IMG/VR virus record: IMGVR_UViG_3300024269_000017
From: a virus
Taxonomy: Duplodnaviria > Heunggongvirae > Uroviricota > Caudoviricetes
DNA: 40,877 bases
Direction: 5' to 3' (one strand)
Shown here: piece after piece, positions 9,625 to 19,577 of the stretch
Position numbering within the stretch: the first letter of the stretch is position 1
How the letters are laid out: every line of letters starts with the position of its first letter
Notes under the pieces: generated by a model
What the model saw: only the letters and a program-made list of their open reading frames with translations
Databases searched by the model: none
What the model was told of the DNA's origin: nothing
Made by a program: the position numbers and the translations under genes

Positions 9625-10785
9625 ATGATACTGACTGCTAAGCAAGAAGAAGGTCTTAAGATTGCGGTCAAGCGTTATAAGGACCACGAACCTTATACTT
9701 GTATTGCTGGTTATGCCGGGACAGGTAAAAGCACACTTATTCGATTTATTATCAGTGCATTGAATATTGATCCTGATGATGTGTGTTATGTAGCCTATAC
9801 CGGCAAAGCCGCGCAGGTTTTGCGTTCAAAAGGATGCCCGAATGCAATGACCGCACATAGATTACTATATAAATCTGTACAAAAGGATGATGGAACATTT
9901 GTTCATTTTCCGAAGCGTCCATTATTTCCTTTTGCTCTAATTGTTGTAGATGAAATTTCCATGCTACCAAAACCAATGTGGGAACTTTTATTATCTCATC
10001 GAATTCATGTAATCGCTCTTGGTGATCCCGGTCAGCTTCCGCCTGTTATGGCTGAAAGTAATGGTGTGTTGGATACCCCGCATATTTTTCTGGATGAAGT
10101 TATGCGACAGGCTGCCGAAAGTGAGATTATCCGTTTAACAATGGATATTCGTGCAGGAAAAGGTTTGACTCCTATGTTGGGCCAAGAGGTAAGAATTGTA
10201 GGGCGTGAAGAACTCCTACAACCTGGTTTTCTTGCATGGGGAGATCAGATTATTTGCGGTAAAAATGAAACCCGCAATCAAATTAATAGAGTAATGCGAC
10301 AGATCAAAATGAATACTGAAGGAATTGAACCTTTAGTAGGAGACCGAATTATCTGTCTGCATAATGAATGGGAATGTATAAATCTAACTGGTGATGCTCT
10401 TGTAAATGGTTTGAGTGGCACAATTACTGATTTGAAATATACAAATGATAACCCATTTATGGAGAAAACTCCCATCATCGACTTCCAGCCTGATATTGAT
10501 GACAGTGACACCTTTAGAGGATTAGAAGTCGATTATAAGCTTTTCACTGAACATGTGCCGACTGTGAACAAAGAAACCTTCAAGAAAATTCCTAAGTTCT
10601 ATCGACCCAAGGAGTTTGATTATGGATATTGCATTACTTGCCATAAAGCGCAAGGTAGCGAATATGATAAGGTTATTGTTCTTGAGGAATACTTGAGAGG
10701 TGAAAGCAAAGATGGTCATTCTCGTTGGCTTTATACTGCTGCTACTCGCGCTGCCAAGAAATTAATTATTGTGAGGAATTATTAA
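9625..10785 (+). CDS. RecD/Dda-like SF1B helicase
   Basis: GYAGTGKST, VVDEISM, GDPGQLPPV, ITCHKAQGSEY, LYTAATRA. Confidence 0.9.
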   Translation: MILTAKQEEGLKIAVKRYKDHEPYTCIAGYAGTGKSTLIRFIISALNIDPDDVCYVAYTGKAAQVLRSKGCPNAMTAHRLLYKSVQKDDGTFVHFPKRPLFPFALIVVDEISMLPKPMWELLLSHRIHVIALGDPGQLPPVMAESNGVLDTPHIFLDEVMRQAAESEIIRLTMDIRAGKGLTPMLGQEVRIVGREELLQPGFLAWGDQIICGKNETRNQINRVMRQIKMNTEGIEPLVGDRIICLHNEWECINLTGDALVNGLSGTITDLKYTNDNPFMEKTPIIDFQPDIDDSDTFRGLEVDYKLFTEHVPTVNKETFKKIPKFYRPKEFDYGYCITCHKAQGSEYDKVIVLEEYLRGESKDGHSRWLYTAATRAAKKLIIVRNY

Positions 10786-11534
10786 TGATTATGATCGCCG
10801 GCCCATGCGCCGTGGAAACTGCGACTGACACTTATAAAATCGCAGAGGAATTAAGTAAATATGATAAAAAAATCATTCTGCGTGGCGGTTGCTGGAAACC
10901 CCGCACTAGACCAGATTCCTTCCAGGGGCTCGGAGAGGTCGGCGTTGATATGCTTGTTGCTGCGTATGAATTATATGGACTACAAGGGTGCTGTTTAGAG
11001 GTAATGAGTAAAAAACATTTGGATTATGTTATTAATCATTATCCAGAAAAAAACATTATTCTTCAAATTGGCTCTCGTAATATGCAAAATTTTGAACTAC
11101 TTAAATTAGTAAGTTCTTATTCTAAGGAATATGGTAATACAGTACTTCTAAAGCGAGGCTTTGGAAATACCGTTGATGAAATGTGTGGAGCGAGGGATTA
11201 TTTACAGCATGACAATGTTATCTTATGTGAGCGTGGTATTAGGACTCTGTCTGATGCTAGTCGTTTCACTTTGGATTTGTCCGCCATCCCTGTGTTACAG
11301 CAAAAAACTGGGTGTCGAGTTATCGTGGACCCATCCCACGCTGCTGGAGAGAGAAGTCTGGTATCCGGATTGGCACGGGCTGGTATCGCCGCAGGAGCAG
11401 ATGGCTTGGAAATTGAGGTAAAATCAATGTTTGCCAAGTGTCCGCGTAAATGCGATGAAGCACAAGCTCTCCCCATAGATGAATTTTATGTTTTAGCACA
11501 TGTGTGTGAAGATATTGACAAAATCTTAAAATAA
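10785..11534 (+). CDS. aroF: 3-deoxy-D-arabino-heptulosonate-7-phosphate (DAHP) synthase, type I-beta, no N-terminal regulatory domain (249 aa)
   Basis: IAGPCAVE, LRGGCWKPRT, FQGLG, QIGSRNMQNFELL, VLLKRG, ILCERGIRT, RFTLDL, IVDPSHAAG, GADGLEIE. Start placed at ATG 10785 (GAGGA RBS), not 10725. KPRT rather than KANRS argues against KDO8P synthase. Confidence 0.88.
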   Translation: MIMIAGPCAVETATDTYKIAEELSKYDKKIILRGGCWKPRTRPDSFQGLGEVGVDMLVAAYELYGLQGCCLEVMSKKHLDYVINHYPEKNIILQIGSRNMQNFELLKLVSSYSKEYGNTVLLKRGFGNTVDEMCGARDYLQHDNVILCERGIRTLSDASRFTLDLSAIPVLQQKTGCRVIVDPSHAAGERSLVSGLARAGIAAGADGLEIEVKSMFAKCPRKCDEAQALPIDEFYVLAHVCEDIDKILK

Positions 11535-11543
11535 TAATATAAG
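11515..11543 (+). promoter_or_regulatory. Probable sigma70 promoter
   Basis: TTGACA 11515-11520, 17 bp, TATAAG 11538-11543. Confidence 0.55.
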
Positions 11544-11554
11544 AGGTATATAGT

Positions 11555-12559
11555 ATGCAATATGCTGATAGCAAAAATTTATTTGACCAACTATCTGAAG
11601 ATTTTTCCAGAAAGTGTACAACAACTTCTCAGCCTATTAATTATCTAAAATTCTGTAATAACAATGGCCAAATTAATACTGATTTGGATATTCAGCGAGG
11701 TTACCAATGGGATGAAAAACGTCAGCAAGAGATGTGGAACAGTTTGCTGCTTAATGCTCATATTCCTGAATTCCATGCATTAATCCGCAATGATATTTAC
11801 GACATTATTGATGGTAAACAGCGACTATTAACGATCTTTAAAATCATCAATGATGAAATTCCTCTGAAATACAGCTATGCAGGTCCCGAGCTGCACTGGC
11901 TTTTTACTCAAGGAAAAAATAAAGATGCTCTTGTCCGACAGATTAATTTTTCTTGTTTACCAAAGGAGTTGCAATATCGTATTTATAATACTACGATTTT
12001 GATTACTACTTACTCTAATCTTGACAGAGATGAACAAATTATGCTCTTTAAAAAAATTAATAATGGTAAAGCATTAAGTGATTTTGCAAAAGGATTGTGC
12101 GAAAATTTCTTTATCCGCAAGGATGGTACTGCTGAAATGCTAAAGCATTCTGTGTTTAAAAATTCAGAATGGAAAGATGAAGAACAAGAGGCAATTGAGA
12201 AAGCGTTAGTTCGCTTTATGATTCTTAAGCATAAAAATATGGTAGTTTCTCTAGAACCCACAAAGATGATTAGTTACTATCCTGAATTTGATCGTGACGT
12301 ATTAAATTTGAGCGTTAAGCAAGTAAATGCTGTCTTAGATCGTATTCCCACTTTGCATAAAATTCTTAAATGCCGCGCTTGGGAATCTTATTTTCCAGCA
12401 TTTTTAATAGTAGTTGATCGTCATCCTGAGCTTACAGCAGAACAAATTGACACCATGCTTGTAAAAATTCGTTCTTGTACTGCTGGGCGCGGAGCTGATT
12501 TAAGAGCCAGTATTGTTGCTGAACGCATCGACACTGTAGAATCTTTAATTGACAATTAA
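11555..12559 (+). CDS. DUF262 (ParB-like/GmrS-type) domain protein
   Basis: IQRGYQW...WNSLL...IP...YDIIDGKQRLLTI is the DUF262 signature. Confidence 0.8.
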   Translation: MQYADSKNLFDQLSEDFSRKCTTTSQPINYLKFCNNNGQINTDLDIQRGYQWDEKRQQEMWNSLLLNAHIPEFHALIRNDIYDIIDGKQRLLTIFKIINDEIPLKYSYAGPELHWLFTQGKNKDALVRQINFSCLPKELQYRIYNTTILITTYSNLDRDEQIMLFKKINNGKALSDFAKGLCENFFIRKDGTAEMLKHSVFKNSEWKDEEQEAIEKALVRFMILKHKNMVVSLEPTKMISYYPEFDRDVLNLSVKQVNAVLDRIPTLHKILKCRAWESYFPAFLIVVDRHPELTAEQIDTMLVKIRSCTAGRGADLRASIVAERIDTVESLIDN

Positions 12560-12577
12560 ACAAAATTATGATATAAT
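12549..12577 (+). promoter_or_regulatory. Consensus sigma70 promoter with extended -10
   Basis: TTGACA 12549-12554, 17 bp, TG-A-TATAAT 12572-12577. Confidence 0.85.
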
Positions 12578-12610
12578 ATATACAGAAATGATAGAAAGAG
12601 GTTCTTGGAT

Positions 12611-15600
12611 ATGTTTTTTAACTGTCATAATCATACGATGTATTCAAACCTCAGACTTCTGGACTGTATCATCAAACCGAAAGACCTAATCGACCGTGCG
12701 ATCGAATTAGGCCTTTCTGGTATTGCGATTACCGACCATGAAGCACTGAGCGCTCATATGGAAGTAAACATGTATGCGAAGAAAATTCGTGAAAAGCATC
12801 CTAATTTTACTATTGCGCTCGGTAATGAGATTTATTTGACTGACACAAGAGAGAAAGGTCAGCCATACTATCACTTTATTTTGATTGCTAAAGATGCTAT
12901 TGGTCACAAAGGTTTGCGTGAGCTTAGCTCTAAGGCATGGTATAATTCTTATTTTGATCGAGGTATGGAGCGTGTTCCTCTGCTCAAGAGCGAGTTAGAA
13001 GAAATTATGACTCGATACAAAGGTCATATTATGGGTACTACTGCCTGTATGGGCGGTGAGCTGTCTAAACTGATTGTGGAATATCAGATTCTCAAAGAAA
13101 TGAATCAGCCCAATCAGGAAATATTTTATAAGATGCAGGATTTCATTCAGTTCTGCATGAGAGTATTTGGTCCAGATGATTTCTATATTGAATGTGCGCC
13201 ATCTACAATGAAAGATCAGATCATGGTCAATCGGTGTCTCGGTGAAATGGCACAACTTTATGGATTGAATTTGGTGCCGGCTACCGACTCTCATTATCTC
13301 AGTCCTGAAACAAGATTTGCGCATAAGGCATATTTGAACTCTAAGGGCGGAGATCGAGAAGTTGATAGCTTCTATGAATTTGCGCGTTTGATGGATGAAA
13401 AAGAAGTGAGAGAACTTCTACTTCATTCTTTTGAAGAAACTACTGTTGATATGATGATGCATATGACAGAAGATATGCGTCAGAAAATTGAGTGGTATTC
13501 TTTGGAAAAACCGCAGCAGATTCCTGTTGTAGAAGTTCCAACTAGAAACGCTGGCTTTCTTGGGTGGGGAATTTGGCAAGAATATCCCACGCTTTATGAT
13601 ATTAACCTTAATGGCAATGAACAAGAGCAATATTGGCTTGATTGTTGCATGGAAGCTTTGGTAAATAAAGGACTTGGTGAAGATGTCTACCTCGAAAGAC
13701 TCGAAATTGAAGCAGACGTTATTCGATATATTGGCAATCGTCTTGGGACTTGTTTGTTTGCCTACTTTAATACTTTCAAGCACTATATTGATTTGTTCTG
13801 GGAGTGTGGTAGCATCGTCGGTCCTGGCCGTGGATCTGCCACTGGTTTTCTGTCTAATTATCTCCTTGGTATTACTCAGCTAAATCCTATCAAGTGGAAT
13901 CTTCCTTGGTGGCGTTTCTTGAATAAAGAACGTGCGGAATTGCCTGATATTGATATCGACCTTGCTCCTTCCAAGCGAGCTGAAATCTTTCAGCGTATTC
14001 GTGAAGAACGTGGAGAAATGGGACTGATTCAGGTTATTACATTCGGTACTGAAGGTTCTAAGTCTGCAATCTTGACCGCCTGTCGTGGTTATAGAATGTT
14101 AGATGAAGATGGAATTGAAATGTTTCCTGATGGTATTGATGTTGACGTCGCTCAGTATATTGCATCTTTGATTCCATCCCATCGCGGTTTCCTTTGGAGC
14201 ATCAAGGATGTTGTATATGGCAATAAGGATGAAGATCGTCAGCCTATTGCCGCATTCAAGAGAGAAGTTGACAAGTATCCTGGACTTTTAGATATTATCT
14301 TTGCGATTGAAGGAATCGTGAAGCAGCGTGGTTGTCATGCATCTGGTGTCATTATGTATGAAGAGGATAAGATTTATGACACCGCGGCGATTATGAGAAC
14401 TCCTTCTGGTGATCTTGTAACCTGTTATGACCTTCACATGGCAGAGGCTGCTGGTGACACTAAATACGACTTCCTTGTAACCGAAGTTTCTGACAAAATC
14501 ATTAAGGCTCTTGAACTGATGCAAGAGGATGAAGTAATTGATCCTGATATGAGTTTGCGTCAGATGTATGAAGAGTTCTTGCATCCTGAGCATATTGATA
14601 CAACCGATCCCGAAATTTGGGAAGCACTTGCAGAGGGTAGCGTATTGGATGTATTCCAGTTCAGCGGTGGCGTTGGTTTGGCGATTGCAAAGAAGCTTCG
14701 TCCAACTGATCCTCTGGAAATGACCGCAGCGAATGCAATGATGAGACTTATGTCTGAAAAGGGTAAAGAGTCTCAGCAGGATAGATATGCTCGTATCAAG
14801 AGTCAAGGAATCAGAGTCTTCGATATGGAAATGAAAGAGCATAATCTGCCGAACAGCATGATTAAAGCAATGCATAAACATTGCGACAAGTATTATGGCT
14901 GTTGCGCAATTCAGGAACAGATGATGGAGATTCTGATGGATCCTGAGATTGCAAGTTTCAGTTTGAAAGAGGCAAATGATGCTCGTAAGATTGTTGCTAA
15001 GAAGCAAATGTCTCGTATTCCCGAGCTTAAAGGTAAGGTTTATGATGTAATGGATCAGCGACTCGCTGACTATGTGTGGGAAGTTGCGGTAGCTCCTCAG
15101 TTGGGTTATGCATTCTCCATGAATCACTCTCTGCCTTATTCTTTCGTCGGTATTCAGACAATTATCTTAGCACGAAAGTTTGATCCGATTTATTGGAACA
15201 CTGCATGTTTGATTGTAAACAGTGGTGCAACAGATGAAGATCTTGAAGGTACAACGAACTATGGAAAAATCGCAAAAGCCATTGGTGACATTCGAAGTGC
15301 AGGAATTGCAGTCTCCACGGCAGACATTAATAAATCTAAATATGGATTTTCTCCAGACGTTGGAGAGGGCACAATCACCTACGGACTTAAAGGTCTACTC
15401 AATGTTGGAGACGATGTCATCGCAGACATTATTGACAAACGCCCTTTCACTAGCTTCGGAGATTTCCTTGGCAGAGTCAAGTGCGGAAAACAGGCAGTAA
15501 TTTCTCTTATCAAGGGTGGCGCATTTGATAGCTTTGGTGAGCGTAAGCGCATTATGGCTGAATATTTGTGGTTGAACTGCGATAAGAAAAAGAGAATCAC

Positions 15601-16465
15601 ACTTCAGAATATGAATGGTTTGATTCAAAGAGGTCTGCTGCCTGATCATCTTAGTCTGCAGAGCAAGGTTTTTGAGTTTAATCGTTACTTGAAAAATGTA
15701 TGTAAGTTGACTGACGGTTATTATGTTCTGGATGATAGAGCGTATGGATTCATCGACAGATTCTTCCCTGATGTTCCTCTGGAAGTATTTGGTCCGACTT
15801 ATGCAATGAATCAGAAGTTGTGGGAAAAGGTATATCAACAGCAAATGGATTTTGTGCGTGAGTGGATGAAAGCTAATCAGGACGAAGTTCTATATCAGCT
15901 GAATAAGAACATTTTTGAGGAAGAGTGGAAGAAATATGCTTCTGGTAATTATTCTTCTTGGGAAATGGAAGCATTATGTTTCTATTATCATGAGCATGAG
16001 TTGAAGAACGTCAATCGCGCACGATATGGAATTAGCAATTTCTTCGATCTGCCAGAAGAGCCGATTATCGAAAAGACATTTAAGCGTGGCGGTATTGAAA
16101 TTCCGATTTATCGTTTGAATAGAATCTGCGGCACATGCATCGCTAAGAATAAAACAAAAGGTACAGTATCTCTGTTGACTCCTGAGGGTGTTGTCGAAGT
16201 TAAGTTTAGAAATGAATATTTCAGTTTGTTCGACAAGCAGATTTCTGTGCGTGGCGCTGATGGCGTAAAGCATGTTGTGGAAAAGTCTTGGTTCAATCGT
16301 GGTTCTATGATTATGGTAACTGGTATTCGCCGTGGTGATGATTTCATTCCGAAGAAATATGCAAGCACAGTTGGTCATCAGCTGTATAAGATTGAAAACA
16401 TCACTTCTAATGGTAGCCTGACTCTTAAAACGGAGCGCGCAAGCGGGGAGGCCGAAGAAGAATGA
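12611..16465 (+). CDS. dnaE: DNA polymerase III alpha subunit (family C)
   Basis: PHP motifs HNHTMYS and ITDH; GPGRGSA; PDIDID; HASG; GYAFSMNHS; ATG 12611 preferred over TTG 12605. Confidence 0.95.
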   Translation: MFFNCHNHTMYSNLRLLDCIIKPKDLIDRAIELGLSGIAITDHEALSAHMEVNMYAKKIREKHPNFTIALGNEIYLTDTREKGQPYYHFILIAKDAIGHKGLRELSSKAWYNSYFDRGMERVPLLKSELEEIMTRYKGHIMGTTACMGGELSKLIVEYQILKEMNQPNQEIFYKMQDFIQFCMRVFGPDDFYIECAPSTMKDQIMVNRCLGEMAQLYGLNLVPATDSHYLSPETRFAHKAYLNSKGGDREVDSFYEFARLMDEKEVRELLLHSFEETTVDMMMHMTEDMRQKIEWYSLEKPQQIPVVEVPTRNAGFLGWGIWQEYPTLYDINLNGNEQEQYWLDCCMEALVNKGLGEDVYLERLEIEADVIRYIGNRLGTCLFAYFNTFKHYIDLFWECGSIVGPGRGSATGFLSNYLLGITQLNPIKWNLPWWRFLNKERAELPDIDIDLAPSKRAEIFQRIREERGEMGLIQVITFGTEGSKSAILTACRGYRMLDEDGIEMFPDGIDVDVAQYIASLIPSHRGFLWSIKDVVYGNKDEDRQPIAAFKREVDKYPGLLDIIFAIEGIVKQRGCHASGVIMYEEDKIYDTAAIMRTPSGDLVTCYDLHMAEAAGDTKYDFLVTEVSDKIIKALELMQEDEVIDPDMSLRQMYEEFLHPEHIDTTDPEIWEALAEGSVLDVFQFSGGVGLAIAKKLRPTDPLEMTAANAMMRLMSEKGKESQQDRYARIKSQGIRVFDMEMKEHNLPNSMIKAMHKHCDKYYGCCAIQEQMMEILMDPEIASFSLKEANDARKIVAKKQMSRIPELKGKVYDVMDQRLADYVWEVAVAPQLGYAFSMNHSLPYSFVGIQTIILARKFDPIYWNTACLIVNSGATDEDLEGTTNYGKIAKAIGDIRSAGIAVSTADINKSKYGFSPDVGEGTITYGLKGLLNVGDDVIADIIDKRPFTSFGDFLGRVKCGKQAVISLIKGGAFDSFGERKRIMAEYLWLNCDKKKRITLQNMNGLIQRGLLPDHLSLQSKVFEFNRYLKNVCKLTDGYYVLDDRAYGFIDRFFPDVPLEVFGPTYAMNQKLWEKVYQQQMDFVREWMKANQDEVLYQLNKNIFEEEWKKYASGNYSSWEMEALCFYYHEHELKNVNRARYGISNFFDLPEEPIIEKTFKRGGIEIPIYRLNRICGTCIAKNKTKGTVSLLTPEGVVEVKFRNEYFSLFDKQISVRGADGVKHVVEKSWFNRGSMIMVTGIRRGDDFIPKKYASTVGHQLYKIENITSNGSLTLKTERASGEAEEE

Positions 16466-16686
16466 TGAACGAGAAAGTGATGAAGTGGCGATCGTCGCCA
16501 CTTCATCGTAAATGTATTTTTTGTAAACACTTAAAATTTATAACCATACCGGCTCATCTGCCATGTAATGATTACTATAAATGTGTTGCTAAAGACAAAT
16601 ATATTGATTATTGTTTGCCAGATATGACAAGAGCTCCAAGACCGTTTTGTAAATTATTTGAATTAAATACGGAGATAAAAGAATGA
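16462..16686 (+). CDS. Small Cys-rich hypothetical protein
   Basis: CIFC...C...C...C...C; ATGA overlaps with both neighbours. Confidence 0.65.
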   Translation: MMNEKVMKWRSSPLHRKCIFCKHLKFITIPAHLPCNDYYKCVAKDKYIDYCLPDMTRAPRPFCKLFELNTEIKE

Positions 16687-17279
16687 AATATATTGTAGCA
16701 CTTATTGGCAAGGCAGGAGCGGGAAAAGATACAATTGCTCAGGGCTTAGCTACACTCAATCCTGACTGGAATATGATTGTCTCTTGTACAACCCGCCCTC
16801 GTCGAGAAAATGAAGTTGAAGGTATCAACTATTATTATCTTACAAATGAGGAGTTTGCGCAGAAAGTACTGAATGGCGATATGCTTGAAGCTACTTATTT
16901 CAACGATTGGCATTATGGTACTATGGCTTCTTCTCTTCACGAAGGTGTAAACATTGGTGTTTTCAATCCTGAAGGCTACGATTGTCTTACAGAGATGGGC
17001 GGCGGAGAAATCAAAGTTATTGGCTTCTATATCAATAGCGATGATAAAACTCGTCTACTGCGCCAGCTTAATCGCGAAGAAAACCCTGATGTTCATGAGA
17101 TCGTCCGCCGCTTTAGCGCAGATGAAGAAGATTTTTATGATATTGATAACGATCCAGACTATCCTGTATATGTAATTCAAAATGGAAGAGATACTTCTCT
17201 ACCATATGTTGTACATGAAGTCAATAAAATCATTCACGCGGTTCTAGATATTGTGCCTCTTGTGGGCAGTCATGAATAA
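16683..17279 (+). CDS. gmk: Guanylate kinase-like protein
   Basis: GKAGAGKDT, VSCTTRPRRENEVEGINYYY, WHYGT. Confidence 0.88.
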   Translation: MKYIVALIGKAGAGKDTIAQGLATLNPDWNMIVSCTTRPRRENEVEGINYYYLTNEEFAQKVLNGDMLEATYFNDWHYGTMASSLHEGVNIGVFNPEGYDCLTEMGGGEIKVIGFYINSDDKTRLLRQLNREENPDVHEIVRRFSADEEDFYDIDNDPDYPVYVIQNGRDTSLPYVVHEVNKIIHAVLDIVPLVGSHE

Positions 17280-17342
17280 TTTATTGGGCGAAATTTTGAA
17301 ATATCATGTCTACCCTATTTTATAACTCAGGAGGTCAATGAA

Positions 17343-19544
17343 ATGTTAGTAACTAAACGTGATGGACGCCAAGTCCTTTTTAATGTTCAGAAAATTGAAA
17401 ACGCAATCGGCAAGGCATATTGGGACAAAGATTGGTCTCCCGACAAACCTAACCCACCATATGCTGGACATATTGCCGATAAAATTTCTCAGTCTAATCA
17501 AGACTATACTGTAGAACAGATTCAGGATCTTGTTGAACGAGAACTTATGGCTTGTGATCCTGATGTTGCAAAAGCATATATTCTATATCGTAATAAGCGT
17601 ACTCGTGCAAGAGAACAACAGAGCCGTATTATTAATGCGGTAAAGAGCCGTTTGGAAGCTCGTAATGTGCAGAATTCCAATGCCAATGTTGATGAACGCT
17701 CTTTCTCTGGTCGTGAAAAAGAATCTCAGTCTGATATTCACAAGATTATCGCTCTTGAAGATGGCAGCTATCTAAGTGAAGAAGTTGCAAATGCTCACAA
17801 AAACATGCTTCTTTATCAGCATGACTTAGAGAAGGCTCCTGTTGGAGAGCATAATTGTTTAAATATTGATTTCAAGAAACTATTCACCGAAGGTTTCGCA
17901 ACCCGCAATGGCGATATTCGTGTTCCTACATCCTATGCCACTGCTTGTCAACAAGTTGCTGTTATTTTCCAATGTCAGTCTCAAGTGCAGTTTGGTGGAG
18001 TCGGTAGCGTTCATATTGACTATGATCTTACTCCTTTTGTAAGAATGAGTTTTGCTAAGCACTTCCTTGATGGTATGGAATGGCTTTGCGACAATGGTGT
18101 AGAATATGATAAGGAAGAGCTTTTAAATCTTCCAATTGATGCGCCACTATATGATGAACAGCCAAAAGTAAAGAAATATGCTATGGCTATGTTGAAAAAG
18201 GAGATGCGTCAGAGTGCAGAAGCTCTCTACCACAACCTCAACTCCCTCGAATCCCGTGCGGGGTCTCAGGTCCCGTTTACCTCTATTAACTTCGGACGAG
18301 ACACCACTATCGAAGGAAGAATGGTTTCAGAGTCTATGCTCAGAGCTAGTCTCGCAGGAATCGGAAAATTCCACAGAACCGCTATCTTCCCAATTTCAAT
18401 TTTCCAGTATAAAACCGGAAACAATGCAAACCCTGCAGACCCAAACTATGACCTTAAGCAATTGGCATTGGAATCCCTCTCTAAACGAATTTATCCCAAC
18501 TTCTGTAACTGTGACTGGTCCCAGGCCCACGAAGATCTCTCCGATCCCGACACCTATTTCTCTACAATGGGATGCCGAACCATGCTTGGTTACGATAGAC
18601 ATGGACTTGGATATCGTAGAGTCGGACGAGGCAATAACGTTCCAAATACCATTATTCTCCCAAAGCTTGGAATTGAATACGGAATTGCTCTCGGAAAGCG
18701 CGATAAAGCAGATCTTGAAGGATTCTGGATGGCATTTGAAGACACTCTCAAACTCGCAGAGCAAGGACTCCTTGAAAGATTCGATGTAATGGTCAATCAA
18801 GCTGCAACAGCTGCACCATTTATGTATGAGAATGGAACTATTGCTGATGGTCAAAAGTGTAATATGAGTGTATATCAATCTCTAAAACATAATACGCTTG
18901 CGATTGGCTATATTGGTATTGCAGAAATGTGTGAAGCATTGTTTGGTGTCAATCATGCTCGCAGCAAGGAAGCTCATGCATTTGCTCTTTCTGTTGTGCA
19001 GCGCATTAATGAGTTTGCAAAAGAAGCAAGTGAACGTAATGATCTTAACTTCTCTTGCTATGCAACTCCTGCAGAAGGACTTTGTTCCACTGCTTTAAAA
19101 GCACTTCGTCGTCAGTATGGTATTCTACCTCGCATTACTGACAGAGAATTTATTACCAATAGTCATCATGTCCCGGTTTGGGAAGAAATTGGTATTTTTG
19201 AAAAATTGGAGTTGGAAGCTCCATTCTGTAAGTACCCAACAGGAGGATGTATCACATATGTTGAATTGGATGCAACGTTTGTTCAGAACACGAAAGCAAT
19301 CGAACAAATCATCGACTACGCGTTCAAAACGCTCGACATCCCATACCTCGCGTTCAACTTCCCAATCGACTCTTGCCTATCTTGCGGCTATCAAGGTGAA
19401 TTCAATGACCGCTGCCCTGAATGCGGTTCTACCAACATTCAACAGTTACGAAGAGTAACTGGTTATCTCACTACAGATTACCACAAGTTTAATGAAGGTA
19501 AGCAGGACGAAGTTTTACATAGATTTAAACATTCAAGAAAGTAA
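17343..19544 (+). CDS. nrdD: Anaerobic ribonucleoside-triphosphate reductase (class III)
   Basis: N-terminal ATP cone VTKRDGR; QSQVQFGG; TPAEGLC; CLSC...CPEC; glycyl-radical loop RRVTGYL. Confidence 0.95.
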   Translation: MLVTKRDGRQVLFNVQKIENAIGKAYWDKDWSPDKPNPPYAGHIADKISQSNQDYTVEQIQDLVERELMACDPDVAKAYILYRNKRTRAREQQSRIINAVKSRLEARNVQNSNANVDERSFSGREKESQSDIHKIIALEDGSYLSEEVANAHKNMLLYQHDLEKAPVGEHNCLNIDFKKLFTEGFATRNGDIRVPTSYATACQQVAVIFQCQSQVQFGGVGSVHIDYDLTPFVRMSFAKHFLDGMEWLCDNGVEYDKEELLNLPIDAPLYDEQPKVKKYAMAMLKKEMRQSAEALYHNLNSLESRAGSQVPFTSINFGRDTTIEGRMVSESMLRASLAGIGKFHRTAIFPISIFQYKTGNNANPADPNYDLKQLALESLSKRIYPNFCNCDWSQAHEDLSDPDTYFSTMGCRTMLGYDRHGLGYRRVGRGNNVPNTIILPKLGIEYGIALGKRDKADLEGFWMAFEDTLKLAEQGLLERFDVMVNQAATAAPFMYENGTIADGQKCNMSVYQSLKHNTLAIGYIGIAEMCEALFGVNHARSKEAHAFALSVVQRINEFAKEASERNDLNFSCYATPAEGLCSTALKALRRQYGILPRITDREFITNSHHVPVWEEIGIFEKLELEAPFCKYPTGGCITYVELDATFVQNTKAIEQIIDYAFKTLDIPYLAFNFPIDSCLSCGYQGEFNDRCPECGSTNIQQLRRVTGYLTTDYHKFNEGKQDEVLHRFKHSRK

Positions 19545-19563
19545 GAGGGTGGCGTCCTCTTTT
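19543..19563 (+). terminator. Weak hairpin between nrdD and nrdG
   Basis: AAGAGGG-TGGCG-TCCTCTT then TT; short stem. Confidence 0.3.
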
Positions 19564-19577
19564 AAAGGAGAAATAAT

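Noticed and set aside
10725-10784. Longer N-terminus for the DAHP synthase (track start 10725)
   Set aside because: Overlaps the helicase by 60 nt, has no RBS and no similarity to a regulatory domain; ATG 10785 has a GAGGA RBS
14288-15127. 279-aa antisense ORF within dnaE, and similar antisense ORFs in other replication genes
   Set aside because: Exact antisense of a conserved gene, with no RBS or motif; expected from low TTA/CTA/TCA usage
18214-18789. 191-aa +1-frame ORF inside nrdD as a real overlapping gene
   Set aside because: No clear RBS, Ser/Leu/Pro-rich shadow composition, explained by the local codon patch
12611-19544. Inteins or introns in dnaE or nrdD
   Set aside because: Both ORFs are continuous and of plausible length; no intein C/S...HN junction motifs seen
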